DNA of 34,844 nucleotides from an uncultured Candidatus Planktophila sp. (GTDB taxonomy: Bacteria; Actinomycetota; Actinomycetes; Nanopelagicales; Nanopelagicaceae), in contig CAZHPQ010000005.1 in NCBI GenBank assembly GCA_964533845.1, forward strand, positions 1 through 34,844. The letters are read 5' to 3'. Of the stretch, positions 1 through 8,686 are shown in pieces. Below the pieces are notes generated by a model, which saw nothing but the letters and a program-made list of their open reading frames with translations, was not told where the DNA came from and did no database searches. A program made the translations under genes and the position numbers. Each line of letters begins with the position of its first letter. The first letter of the stretch is position 1.

Positions 1-2
1 GA

Positions 3-410
3 GTCTTCCTCTTTGCAAATATTGTCGCAGGCGCCTATCTCTATCTCGAACGACTCGAATCTCGCGGTGGTCGCCCGGCCTGGTTACAACGGGTGCCATC
101 TATAGAAGTACTTGATCAACTTTCCTATCGCCTCGTTGCTTTTGTCTTTCCACTCTGGACCTTCTCAGTCATCGCTGGCGCTATTTGGGCCGAGAGCGCT
201 TGGGGACGTTACTGGGGATGGGATCCAAAAGAGACTTGGGCATTTATCACTTGGGTTGCATACGCTGCATATCTCCACGCACGAGTAACAGTCGGTTGGC
301 GCGGTCGCCGCGCAGCATGGCTCTGCATCTTCGCAGGGTCAACATTCTTATTTAACTATGTATACGTAAATGTCTGGGGAACAGGTAAGCACACCTATTC
401 AGGGCTTTAA
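3..410 (+). CDS. ccsA: Cytochrome c biogenesis protein CcsA/CcsB (system II heme-handling permease), 5'-truncated by window edge
   Basis: Frame is open from base 3 (VFLFANIVAGAYLYL...). It contains the WWD-domain signature GAIWAESAWGRYWGWDPKETW and conserved His residues (YLHAR, GKHTY). Confidence 0.95.
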   Translation, partial: VFLFANIVAGAYLYLERLESRGGRPAWLQRVPSIEVLDQLSYRLVAFVFPLWTFSVIAGAIWAESAWGRYWGWDPKETWAFITWVAYAAYLHARVTVGWRGRRAAWLCIFAGSTFLFNYVYVNVWGTGKHTYSGL

Positions 411-414
411 ATAG

Positions 415-669
415 TTAGATACTGCGCAAGAAATCAGGATCGTCATCAGGCGGAAGAATTCTCTTCTTTCCTGGCTTTGGACCTCGTGGGCGACGTCCGC
501 GACCAATTACCAGGTAAACAATTCCTCCGATTGGCTGAAGGAAGAGAATTACTAAGAGCCAGCCCCATTTAGGAATCTTTTTAATTTGTGAATCATCGCG
601 CATTGCGCAATCAACAAAGGTAAAGAGAGTTAGTGCCAGGGGCAAGAGAATTATTAGCGCACGAACCAT
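415..669 (-). CDS. Small membrane protein with PLD nuclease N-terminal (PLDc_N) domain
   Basis: 84 aa, two hydrophobic helices, KWGWLLVILFLQPIGGIVYLVIGR motif, basic linker and C-terminal PDDDPDFL motif typical of the actinobacterial family. Confidence 0.8.
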   Translation of the reverse strand: MVRALIILLPLALTLFTFVDCAMRDDSQIKKIPKWGWLLVILFLQPIGGIVYLVIGRGRRPRGPKPGKKRILPPDDDPDFLRSI

Positions 670-675
670 AGGAAG

Positions 676-681
676 ATTCTA
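676..681 (-). promoter_or_regulatory. Putative -10 element (TAGAAT) for a leaderless transcript of the PLDc_N gene
   Basis: Minus strand reads TAGAAT-cttcct-ATG (6 nt spacer) with no SD. Confidence 0.55.
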
Positions 682-709
682 AGCCCTTCTACTTAACTTC
701 GCTTACCGA

Positions 710-1555
710 CTAGAAGGAGAGCGCAATGGCGAATGTGAGAGAGAAGTGCAGTTGCAGTTGACCTGTTCTTCCTAGAAGCGGAATTAACGCTTCGCCAGTT
801 GCGCCCGCATGAACCTCACGCGCAATCGCAAGGGCGTGAGGCGCAGAAGCAAGTGTGAGAAAAGCTAGCGGATTTCCTGTGAGTGGCGCAAAGATATAAG
901 GCAAAGCCAAGAGCAGCATAAAGAAGCGACGAGCATTTTCATCTCCCAATCGCACCGCTAGAGTTTTCTTGCTCACCTGTGCGTCTTGTTCGCGATCTCT
1001 AATGTTGTTGATTACCAAGAGGGCACATGAAAGAGAGCCCATCGATACTGATGCGGCGAATGCTGCAATTGAAAATTCGAGTGTTTGTACGTAATAAGTA
1101 CCAACAGTTGCAACAACCCCAAAGAAGATAAAGACAGAGAGTTCGCCAAAGCCGCGATATCCATAAGGAGTGCGGCCTCCGGTATATCCCCAAGCTGCTA
1201 GCACTGATATCGCTCCGACAATCAAGATCCACCAGGAAGAAGTTGCTGCCAGCGCTAGTCCAGCTACACAAGCAACGCCAAATGAGAGAAAGGCGGCGCG
1301 TTTTACCGCTTTAGCTGAAGCTAAACCAGAAGCTGTGAGGCGAATTGGCCCAACACGAACATCATCTGTTCCACGGATTCCATCTGAGTAATCATTGGAG
1401 TAATTCACGGCAATCTGCAGGGCAAGAGCGACAATCAGCGCAAGGAAGGCTTGCAACGGGCGCCATGCACTACCGGCTAGAACTGTTGCAACAAGAACAG
1501 GTCCAATCGCAGCTGGAAGTGTGCGCGGGCGCGCACCTTGAATCCAAATATTAAT
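710..1555 (-). CDS. menA: 1,4-dihydroxy-2-naphthoate polyprenyltransferase MenA (probable ATT start at 1555)
   Basis: NYSNDYSDGIRGTDD and NNIRDREQD..KKTLAVRLG UbiA-family motifs. The conserved N-terminal WIQGARPRTLPAA lies in frame upstream of the ORF-track start (1456). The frame is closed by TGA at 1568-1570, and GGAGG lies 6 nt before the ATT. Confidence 0.92.
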   Translation of the reverse strand: MNIWIQGARPRTLPAAIGPVLVATVLAGSAWRPLQAFLALIVALALQIAVNYSNDYSDGIRGTDDVRVGPIRLTASGLASAKAVKRAAFLSFGVACVAGLALAATSSWWILIVGAISVLAAWGYTGGRTPYGYRGFGELSVFIFFGVVATVGTYYVQTLEFSIAAFAASVSMGSLSCALLVINNIRDREQDAQVSKKTLAVRLGDENARRFFMLLLALPYIFAPLTGNPLAFLTLASAPHALAIAREVHAGATGEALIPLLGRTGQLQLHFSLTFAIALSF

Positions 1556-2645
1556 TTGGCGCCTCCATCAACAGTTCTTGTAACTTCTTTCGATCTACCT
1601 TACCGATTCCGATGAGTGGTAGTTCAGGAAGATAAAGGTATCCCTTTGGTTTCGAAGGCGCACCAAATTTCTCGACTAGGTAATCGTTTAGCTCGTTCTC
1701 AGATGGAAAACCATCTCCCGCAACCGCCACATGTAGCGCATCTCCCCACTGCGGATCCTTAAGCGCAAAAGCTGCAAAAGATTTGTGTGGGAACTGGGCA
1801 TGAAGTGAACCTTCTATAGCTGACAAAGAAATATTTTCTCCGCCAGAGATAATCACGTCATCAATACGTCCTTCAACAATTAACTTTTCATTTTCAATAC
1901 GTCCGCTATCACTTGTAATCAACCAGCCATCTTGGATATGTGTATCCCAAAGCGTCTGCGCGCCTAAATAAGTTGTTGCTAGTACCGCGCCTTTAAGGGC
2001 GATCTTCTTTTCAGAGGTAATCGAAACTTCTACTCCATCAAGTGGTGTTCCGTTGTATACGCAACCACCGGCAGTTTCAGAGGAGCCGTATGAAGTGACA
2101 ACATTTATCTGCGCCTGACTTGCCTGCACATGTAAATCAGGTGCAAGAGCTGCCCCACCTACAAGTACCGCTTTGGCAGCCTGCAAATGCCTGAGCAATC
2201 GATCATCGCCATTGAGCGCTCGAAATAGTTGAGTAGGAACGATTGCCGTGAAATCCGCCTGTGGATATTCACCTTCATAATTGCGAAGATCAATTGGTTC
2301 TGTACCAAGTTCAAGTGAGCGAATAAGAACATTGATGCCTGCAACATGAGTCAGCGGCAGCAATAACGACCAGGTATTTCCAAACTCGGCTCCAAGAAAT
2401 TTATGTGAAGCCTTCGCTGATGTAAGTAGCGCACCACTGGAGAGTCCAACTTCTTTGGCAACTCCAGAGCTACCTGTGGTCTTGACCACGATGCTTATTC
2501 TTGGCGGGACGTTGGTAAATGAAGTGGAGGAGAAAGCCAGGGCTGGTCCATCAGAGACCAAGGCCTTAGCGATACGAGCCATCAATTCGCCCAGCGTCCA
2601 TTCGGGACTGACTTCGCGAAGTTCTCGTTGTGCGTTCTGCTCCAT
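1551..2645 (-). CDS. menE: O-succinylbenzoate-CoA ligase MenE
   Basis: Adenylate-forming motifs TTGSSGVAK, SYGSSETAGG, GRIDDVIISGGENI, GKVDR; men context; short actinobacterial form. Confidence 0.92.
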   Translation of the reverse strand: MEQNAQRELREVSPEWTLGELMARIAKALVSDGPALAFSSTSFTNVPPRISIVVKTTGSSGVAKEVGLSSGALLTSAKASHKFLGAEFGNTWSLLLPLTHVAGINVLIRSLELGTEPIDLRNYEGEYPQADFTAIVPTQLFRALNGDDRLLRHLQAAKAVLVGGAALAPDLHVQASQAQINVVTSYGSSETAGGCVYNGTPLDGVEVSITSEKKIALKGAVLATTYLGAQTLWDTHIQDGWLITSDSGRIENEKLIVEGRIDDVIISGGENISLSAIEGSLHAQFPHKSFAAFALKDPQWGDALHVAVAGDGFPSENELNDYLVEKFGAPSKPKGYLYLPELPLIGIGKVDRKKLQELLMEAPN

Positions 2646-2653
2646 TGCCCGCG

Positions 2654-2660
2654 TAGGCTA
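2654..2660. promoter_or_regulatory. Putative overlapping divergent -10 elements (TAGGCT plus strand / TAGCCT minus strand) for menB and menE
   Basis: TAGGCTA lies in the 41-bp gap between divergent menE and menB and matches TANNNT on both strands. Confidence 0.5.
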
Positions 2661-2686
2661 TCGCTCGTAGACCAATTGGAGGAATC

Positions 2687-3565
2687 GTGAGCAAGCCGAT
2701 AAAGCGTGATTTTGGTGACCGAACCATCCCTGCATGGGTGACCGGTGTGGGTGGTGAAGCATTTACTGACATCAAATATGAAATCGGCGACGGCATTGCG
2801 AAGATCACGATTAATCGCCCAGAAGTACGAAATGCATTTCGTCCACAAACAATTATTGAATTAAAAGCTGCTTTTGATTTAGCGCGGGATAACGCAGAAG
2901 TTGGCGTCATTATTTTGACTGGCCAAGGTGATGAAGCATTCTGCTCAGGCGGCGATATCAGCGTTCGCGGTGATGATGGATACCTTGGTGAAGACACGCT
3001 TTCACAACAAGGCGTTGGTCGACTCAATGTTCTAGACCTGCAAGTTCAAATTCGTCGTACACCAAAACCAGTTGTTGCGATGATTGCAGGTTGGGCTATT
3101 GGCGGTGGACATGTTCTTCACGTTGTCTGCGATCTTTCGATTGCTGCTGAGAATGCAAAGTTTGGCCAGACCGGACCGATGGTTGGTTCATTTGATGGTG
3201 GATATGGTTCAGGGCTACTTGCCGCAAGCGTTGGTCAGAAGAAGGCTCGCGAAATCTGGTTCTTAACGCGTCAATATGATGCGCAAGAAGCGCTCTCAAT
3301 GGGGCTTGTTAACACAGTTGTTCCACTCAAAGAGTTAGAGGCAGAGACAGTTTCATGGTGTCGCGAGATGTTGCAGAACTCTCCAATGGCGCTTCGCCTA
3401 CTTAAAGCTTCTATGAACGCTGCAGATGATGGCCTTGCTGGAATTCAACAGCTTGCCGGCGATGCCACCCTCCTCTTCTACTTAAGCGAAGAAGGCCAAG
3501 AAGGTCGCGATGCTTACAAGGAAAAGCGCAAACCTGATTTCGGAAAGTTTCCGCGACGCCCCTAA
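2687..3565 (+). CDS. menB: 1,4-dihydroxy-2-naphthoyl-CoA synthase MenB
   Basis: Crotonase fold with [30 protein letters not shown] and VGSFDGGYG motifs; GTG start with GGAGGA SD at 2678-2683. Confidence 0.97.
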   Translation: MSKPIKRDFGDRTIPAWVTGVGGEAFTDIKYEIGDGIAKITINRPEVRNAFRPQTIIELKAAFDLARDNAEVGVIILTGQGDEAFCSGGDISVRGDDGYLGEDTLSQQGVGRLNVLDLQVQIRRTPKPVVAMIAGWAIGGGHVLHVVCDLSIAAENAKFGQTGPMVGSFDGGYGSGLLAASVGQKKAREIWFLTRQYDAQEALSMGLVNTVVPLKELEAETVSWCREMLQNSPMALRLLKASMNAADDGLAGIQQLAGDATLLFYLSEEGQEGRDAYKEKRKPDFGKFPRRP

Positions 3566-3569
3566 TTAC

Positions 3570-4514
3570 ATGGACCTCTCTCTGCTCGAAAGTATGCGCG
3601 TCATTGCGCTGCCTACTAAGACAAACTTTCGAGGGATTACCGTTCGTGAAGTAGCGCTCTTTCAGGGCGAATACGGGTGGGGCGAATTTTCACCATTTCT
3701 TGAATATGACTACCAAGAGTGCGCGCCTTGGCTGATGTGCGCGATTGAGGCTGCTACCAAGCCTCGCCCAAAGCTCTATCGCAACTCAGTACAAGTAAAC
3801 GGAACCATCCCTGCAACCAACGATAAGCAAGTAATTAAGTCTCTTGTCGATACGTATCAAGGCGTCAAAACATTTAAGGTCAAGGTTGGCGATAACTTAG
3901 GTGAAGATATTGCGCGTCTGGCGCAGATTCGTTCTCTTGGTCGTGACATTAAAATTCGCATTGATGTCAACGGACTCTGGAGCGTTAAGGATGCTCTTAC
4001 CAATCTCTACGCCTTTTATGAGGAAGTTGGTCCATTTGAATATGTTGAGCAACCCTGTGCAACTCTCGAAGAGCTGCGTGAGTTAAAGGCCAGTATCCGT
4101 ATCCCTCTCAAGATTGCCATTGATGAAGTTCTTCGCAAAGCAAAAGATCCCTTTGAGATTGATCTCAGCGGTGCCGCGGATTTTGTGATGCTTAAGGTTC
4201 AACCACTTGGTGGAATTGCACGTGCACATAAATTAGCCGAACACCACAAACTTCCTGTGGTTGTATCAAGTGCGCTAGAAAGTGCTGTGGGAATAAATTA
4301 CGGATTACAACTTGCTGCATCTTTTCCAGAGATGAACTTTGATTGTGGCTTAGGTACAGGCTCACTTCTTGGCGCCGATGTCGCATCTCTGCCTATCGTT
4401 AACGGTGAAATTGAAATTACTGAAGTTGAGCCTGACTTCGCAGGATATGAAGTGGCGCCCGACCGCTATGAATGGTGGAAGAATCGCGTTATGAAGACAG
4501 CGGAGCTCCTGTGA
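3570..4514 (+). CDS. menC: o-succinylbenzoate synthase MenC
   Basis: FRGITVRE, GWGEFSPF, KVKVG, RIDVNG, YVEQPC, AIDE and VVSSALES motifs of actinobacterial OSBS. Start moved to ATG 3570, just after the menB stop. Confidence 0.93.
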   Translation: MDLSLLESMRVIALPTKTNFRGITVREVALFQGEYGWGEFSPFLEYDYQECAPWLMCAIEAATKPRPKLYRNSVQVNGTIPATNDKQVIKSLVDTYQGVKTFKVKVGDNLGEDIARLAQIRSLGRDIKIRIDVNGLWSVKDALTNLYAFYEEVGPFEYVEQPCATLEELRELKASIRIPLKIAIDEVLRKAKDPFEIDLSGAADFVMLKVQPLGGIARAHKLAEHHKLPVVVSSALESAVGINYGLQLAASFPEMNFDCGLGTGSLLGADVASLPIVNGEIEITEVEPDFAGYEVAPDRYEWWKNRVMKTAELL

Positions 4515-6088
4515 TTAATCCATCCACTCTGCTTGCTCGCGTCATTGTTCGCCAGATCGTTGAAGCTGGCATCACCGATGTAGTGATTTCACCAGGGTCT
4601 CGCAATGCGCCGCTCTCTATCGCTTTTCACCAGGCGAGCATTAAGGGCCTGCTCAAACTTCATGTACGTATAGATGAACGAACCGCTGCATTCTTTGCTC
4701 TCGGTATAGCGAAAGCATCAGGACGTCCTGTACCAATCGTCTGCACTAGCGGAACGGCGGTAGCTAATTACCACCCTGCTGTTCTTGAGGCATCACATAC
4801 AAATCTTCCACTTCTCGTTCTCACTGCAGATCGCCCGGCATCTCTTCGCAAGACAGGTGCTAACCAGACAACTGAACAAGCCCGCATCTTTGGGAAAGCG
4901 GTCCGTTACTTTGCGGATGTTTCAGGAAGCGTCTATCCGATGGAGCTTCCCCTTAATTCTCTGCAGAGCGGTCCGGTTCATCTCAATATTCAATTTGAAG
5001 AACCACTTATTGGCGACAAGAGTGATAACTGGCTCAACGAATTAACTATTACAGCTCCAAAGATTTTTGATCGTAAAACTCCCGGAACTTTCTACACTAA
5101 ATCAACCCGCGGTGTTTTAGTCATTGGACATGACCGCGGTGGGCTATCTGTCGATGCCGTTAGAGATTTTGCAGAAGAACTTGACTGGCCTGTTATTGCA
5201 GAAGACCCGCTGACTTTTGAGAAGGCGATTTCACATGCCAGCGTCTTTCTGACATCTCGCGCCATCGCAGATGACTTAGCCCCAGATACTGTTGTTGTTA
5301 TTGGACGAACAACCCTTTCTCGTTCTATCAATGCCTTCATCAAGAGTGCGCGGAAAGAGATTGTGATTGACCCACGTATGGCAACTGTGGACTCAGATCG
5401 CATGGCAAGTCAGAAATTCCTGAAGATCCCCAAGGTAGAAGTGCAGCCAGCTGACTCTGAATATAAAGAGAAGTGGCAGAAGTATTCTCAGCGCGCAGCC
5501 AAGATGGTTGGCGACATTTCACAATGGTCTGAAGCCCTCATTGCTCGTGAGATTGGTGCTGCGATTCCAGCCGGAACTTCACTCTTTGTTTCGTCATCTC
5601 GACCAATTAGAGATCTTGAAGGTTTTGCATCAGCTCGCACAGGCGTTGAAACCTTTGCCAACCGTGGATTAGCGGGCATTGATGGCAATATCTCTACAGC
5701 GCTCGGTATCGCATCCCAGCGCAAAGAGACCATTGCCGTACTTGGCGATCTTGGTTTCTTACATGATCTGACTGGCTTAATTCATAACGAAGATATCAAT
5801 CTGAAGATATTGGTCATCAACAACGATGGTGGGGGAATCTTCTCAACGCTGTCACAGCGCGGAGTTGCAGGATTTGAAGAGGTCTTCGGAACTCCTCATG
5901 GCAAAGATTTAGCAGCCATCGCTAGCGCTATTGGAGTTCCTGCAAAGACCATTGCTACGCAAGCTGATTTGAAGAGTGAATTAGCGGCGCCAATTAAGGG
6001 CGTGAGCGTTGTGGTGATTACAGCTCCAGATCGTGAAACTAACGCAGATTTCTTAAAGAAGATTTATTCTCAAGTAGATTCAATGTAG
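4511..6088 (+). CDS. menD: SEPHCHC synthase MenD (ThDP-dependent)
   Basis: SPGSRNAPL, IDERTAAF, TSGTAVAN, NRGLAGIDG and GDLGFLHD...NNDGGGIF motifs. GTG start overlaps the menC stop (GTGA). Confidence 0.96.
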   Translation: MINPSTLLARVIVRQIVEAGITDVVISPGSRNAPLSIAFHQASIKGLLKLHVRIDERTAAFFALGIAKASGRPVPIVCTSGTAVANYHPAVLEASHTNLPLLVLTADRPASLRKTGANQTTEQARIFGKAVRYFADVSGSVYPMELPLNSLQSGPVHLNIQFEEPLIGDKSDNWLNELTITAPKIFDRKTPGTFYTKSTRGVLVIGHDRGGLSVDAVRDFAEELDWPVIAEDPLTFEKAISHASVFLTSRAIADDLAPDTVVVIGRTTLSRSINAFIKSARKEIVIDPRMATVDSDRMASQKFLKIPKVEVQPADSEYKEKWQKYSQRAAKMVGDISQWSEALIAREIGAAIPAGTSLFVSSSRPIRDLEGFASARTGVETFANRGLAGIDGNISTALGIASQRKETIAVLGDLGFLHDLTGLIHNEDINLKILVINNDGGGIFSTLSQRGVAGFEEVFGTPHGKDLAAIASAIGVPAKTIATQADLKSELAAPIKGVSVVVITAPDRETNADFLKKIYSQVDSM

Positions 6089-7300
6089 CGCAGAGCGCAT
6101 CGCGATCATCTTTGCGTTGCTTTCTTCCAACTCTTTCTCTGGGTTAGAGCCAGCAACGATTCCGCAGCCTGCAAAGATTCTGATCTCACGATCTGTGATC
6201 TGACCAGAGCGAAGTGCGATGCCGAGTTCGCCATCTCCGCCGGCATCAATCCAACCCACAGGCCCGGCATAACGTCCGCGGTTCATTCCTTCCACTTCAG
6301 TAATGATGTCGAAAGCGATGTTGCGTGGAGTACCGCAGACTGCTGCAGATGGGTGAAGACTCTGCAATAACGAGAAGACATCGACTCTTTGCTTTGATTC
6401 AATGAGTGCGCCGGTTACATCAGTAGCCAAGTGCATAACATTTGCTAAGTGCAGAACGAAGGGAGATTCAGGAACGTTCGTTGATGAGCAGAATGGTTCG
6501 AGAGCATCAGCGACAGAACGCACTGCATACTCGTGTTCTTCTAAATCTTTAGATGAGCGCGCAAGGGATGCCGCCAGTGCCAAATCTTTCTCGTCATTAC
6601 CTGTCTTAGGAATCGTTCCTGCGAGAACTCGGGAGGTAACCATTCCACGAGAAAGTCTTAAGAGAAGTTCAGGTGTTGCACCAACTAGCCCGTCTACTGC
6701 AAATGTCCAAGTTGATGGATATTCCGCAGCTAACTTCTTCAAAATAGGAATTGTTTCAACCTTGGTATTTGATTCTGCGACGAGATCACGGGCAAGAACA
6801 ACCTTGTCGACCTGAGAAGAATCGATGCGCTTGATTGCTTCTGCTACGCGCTCTTTCCAGTCAGAGGTACTAATACTTCCGTCACCAAATGTAAATGTGC
6901 CTTGTGAATACTGTGCGGGGGATTCAGGAAGAATAGGTTGAGGCGTATCGCCAATCCAGGTAATCCATGACTGCGCGCCCTTTTGACCAACAATCACCTT
7001 AGGAATAACAAGGACTGACTCTTGATTGCGATCGAAAGAGAAGGAGGTAAAGAGCACTGGGCCTGTACCACTGCCGTGGACAGAGTTAGCAACTGAAAAA
7101 GTTTCTAATTGGTGATGCCACCACTGACGCGCTTTTTCAAAGCGATCTTTACCAGAGACAGTGGTTGTGGCATGAACTCCCCATCCCACAAGGCCTTCGC
7201 CATTGCGCACCCACGATAAAGGGGCGTCGGTATTGAGAAGATCTAGCAGCGGAAGGTGATCACCAATACGAGTTGTGGTGACGGGGATAAGTGAAGCCAT
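6080..7300 (-). CDS. menF: Isochorismate synthase (menaquinone-specific by context)
   Basis: Chorismate-binding motifs KVVLAR, GATPELL, VLAGT, KDLEEH, LHPSAAVCGTP, RGRYAGPVGW, AGCGIVAGS. Confidence 0.92.
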   Translation of the reverse strand: MASLIPVTTTRIGDHLPLLDLLNTDAPLSWVRNGEGLVGWGVHATTTVSGKDRFEKARQWWHHQLETFSVANSVHGSGTGPVLFTSFSFDRNQESVLVIPKVIVGQKGAQSWITWIGDTPQPILPESPAQYSQGTFTFGDGSISTSDWKERVAEAIKRIDSSQVDKVVLARDLVAESNTKVETIPILKKLAAEYPSTWTFAVDGLVGATPELLLRLSRGMVTSRVLAGTIPKTGNDEKDLALAASLARSSKDLEEHEYAVRSVADALEPFCSSTNVPESPFVLHLANVMHLATDVTGALIESKQRVDVFSLLQSLHPSAAVCGTPRNIAFDIITEVEGMNRGRYAGPVGWIDAGGDGELGIALRSGQITDREIRIFAGCGIVAGSNPEKELEESNAKMIAMRSALH

Positions 7301-7888
7301 TTATTTTTGAAGAGTTCGAGAAATCTTGCGCCAGATAAGTGGAAGAGATGTTGCAGTTATTGCAATCTTGAGAACTTCACCGAGGATAAAGGGAGTTAAA
7401 CCAGCAGCAATCGTTGCTGACCATGAGAGGTCAAGAGAGGCCTGTAGCCAAAGAAGTCCGAAGGTAAAGATGATGACATCACCGAGAATGAGCGCAGGAA
7501 AAGAAGTAACAAATTTCTGATCTGCTTTTCGATCAGCGAGATATCCGAGTACGAAAGATGCAATCAACATTCCAACTAAGTAACCACCGGTTGCTCCGAT
7601 GACCTTCTCAATTCCGTGGGTTGATCCAGCGAATATAGGCGCTCCAGCGATTCCAGCGAGTAAGTAGGTAGAGAAGGTAATGAAACCAAGGCGAGCGCCA
7701 TATGTAGTTCCAATTAAAAGTGCTGCAAGAGTCTGGCCAGTCACAGGAACAGGAGACCCTGGTACTGGAATTGCAATCTGGGCAAGGGCTGCGATAAATC
7801 CAACGCCGCCAACAACGAAGAGCGCTTGCGTCAGCGCAGTACTGCGTGGAAAGACTGTGGCACGAAGTGAACTTGAGTGAAGTGACAT
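7301..7888 (-). CDS. bioY: BioY-family S-component transporter (solitary)
   Basis: [25 protein letters not shown] and TGGYLVG motifs; about 6 hydrophobic segments; GAAAGG SD upstream. Confidence 0.88.
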   Translation of the reverse strand: MSLHSSSLRATVFPRSTALTQALFVVGGVGFIAALAQIAIPVPGSPVPVTGQTLAALLIGTTYGARLGFITFSTYLLAGIAGAPIFAGSTHGIEKVIGATGGYLVGMLIASFVLGYLADRKADQKFVTSFPALILGDVIIFTFGLLWLQASLDLSWSATIAAGLTPFILGEVLKIAITATSLPLIWRKISRTLQK

Positions 7889-7954
7889 CGCATCGACCTT
7901 TCTGGAGCGCTCTATAAGTTGTGCGCGAAGCCTACCTTCAGGGAGAATAACCGC

Positions 7955-8647
7955 ATGTCCCGCGCCAATATGGATAAGAATCCCGATGAAGTTGCCGCCA
8001 TGTTCGATGGCGTTGCAAAGCGCTACGACCTCGTCAACGATTTATTAAGTCTGGGCCGCACCAAGGCCTGGCGCAAGGCGACAACCAAGTTGATCCAACC
8101 TCGCCCTGGGATGAAGATTCTCGATCTGGCAGCCGGAACCGGCTCAAGCTCAGAACCCTTGGCAGCAGCTGGCGCCGACGTCATCCCCGCTGATTTCAGC
8201 GAGGGAATGCTGGCAGCTGGGCGTAAAGCCCGCCCGCATCTGCCCTTCACCAAGGCCGATGCCCTCAATCTCCCCTTCGCCGATGGCGAATTTGATGTCG
8301 CGACCATCTCCTTTGGGCTCCGAAACACCCAGAAGACCGCCAAGGCGCTCGCTGAGATGTATCGCGTAGTCAAGCCTGGTGGCTCCTTGGTCGTGACTGA
8401 ATTCTCGAGCCCGACCTTTGGTCCCTTTCGCACGATTTATACCAATTACCTCATGAGTGCACTTCCGGCGATCGCCCGCAAAACCTCATCCAATCCAGAT
8501 GCCTATATCTACCTCGCTGAATCGATTAGAGCATGGCCAGACCAGAAGGGATTAGCGGCGCAAATCAGCGCCGCTGGCTGGGTTGAGGTCACTTGGAAGA
8601 ATCTCACTGGCGGAGTTGTCGCAGTTCACAAGGCCCGCAAGCCATAA
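7955..8647 (+). CDS. menG: Demethylmenaquinone methyltransferase MenG/UbiE
   Basis: [22 protein letters not shown] motif [33 protein letters not shown]. Start set at ATG 7955 (MSRANMDK). Confidence 0.95.
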   Translation: MSRANMDKNPDEVAAMFDGVAKRYDLVNDLLSLGRTKAWRKATTKLIQPRPGMKILDLAAGTGSSSEPLAAAGADVIPADFSEGMLAAGRKARPHLPFTKADALNLPFADGEFDVATISFGLRNTQKTAKALAEMYRVVKPGGSLVVTEFSSPTFGPFRTIYTNYLMSALPAIARKTSSNPDAYIYLAESIRAWPDQKGLAAQISAAGWVEVTWKNLTGGVVAVHKARKP

Positions 8648-8651
8648 CGGT

Positions 8652-8679
8652 TTGATTGACTTGGCTGAACGCTTAGGAT
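8652..8679 (+). promoter_or_regulatory. Putative promoter of nuo operon (TTGATT-16-TAGGAT), leaderless onto nuoA GTG
   Basis: TAGGAT 8674-8679 lies 7 nt before GTG 8687; no SD. Confidence 0.55.
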
Positions 8680-8686
8680 TTCGCTC

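Noticed and set aside
1551-2645. MenE is short (364 aa) and could be a truncated pseudogene
   Set aside because: All adenylation motifs are present, and short MenE proteins are normal in actinobacteria.
3510-4510. Longer ORF-track starts for menC (3510) and menD (4472); likewise menG (7919) and nuoM (20678)
   Set aside because: The extensions overlap upstream genes or promoter regions and lack family similarity. Coupled downstream starts fit better.
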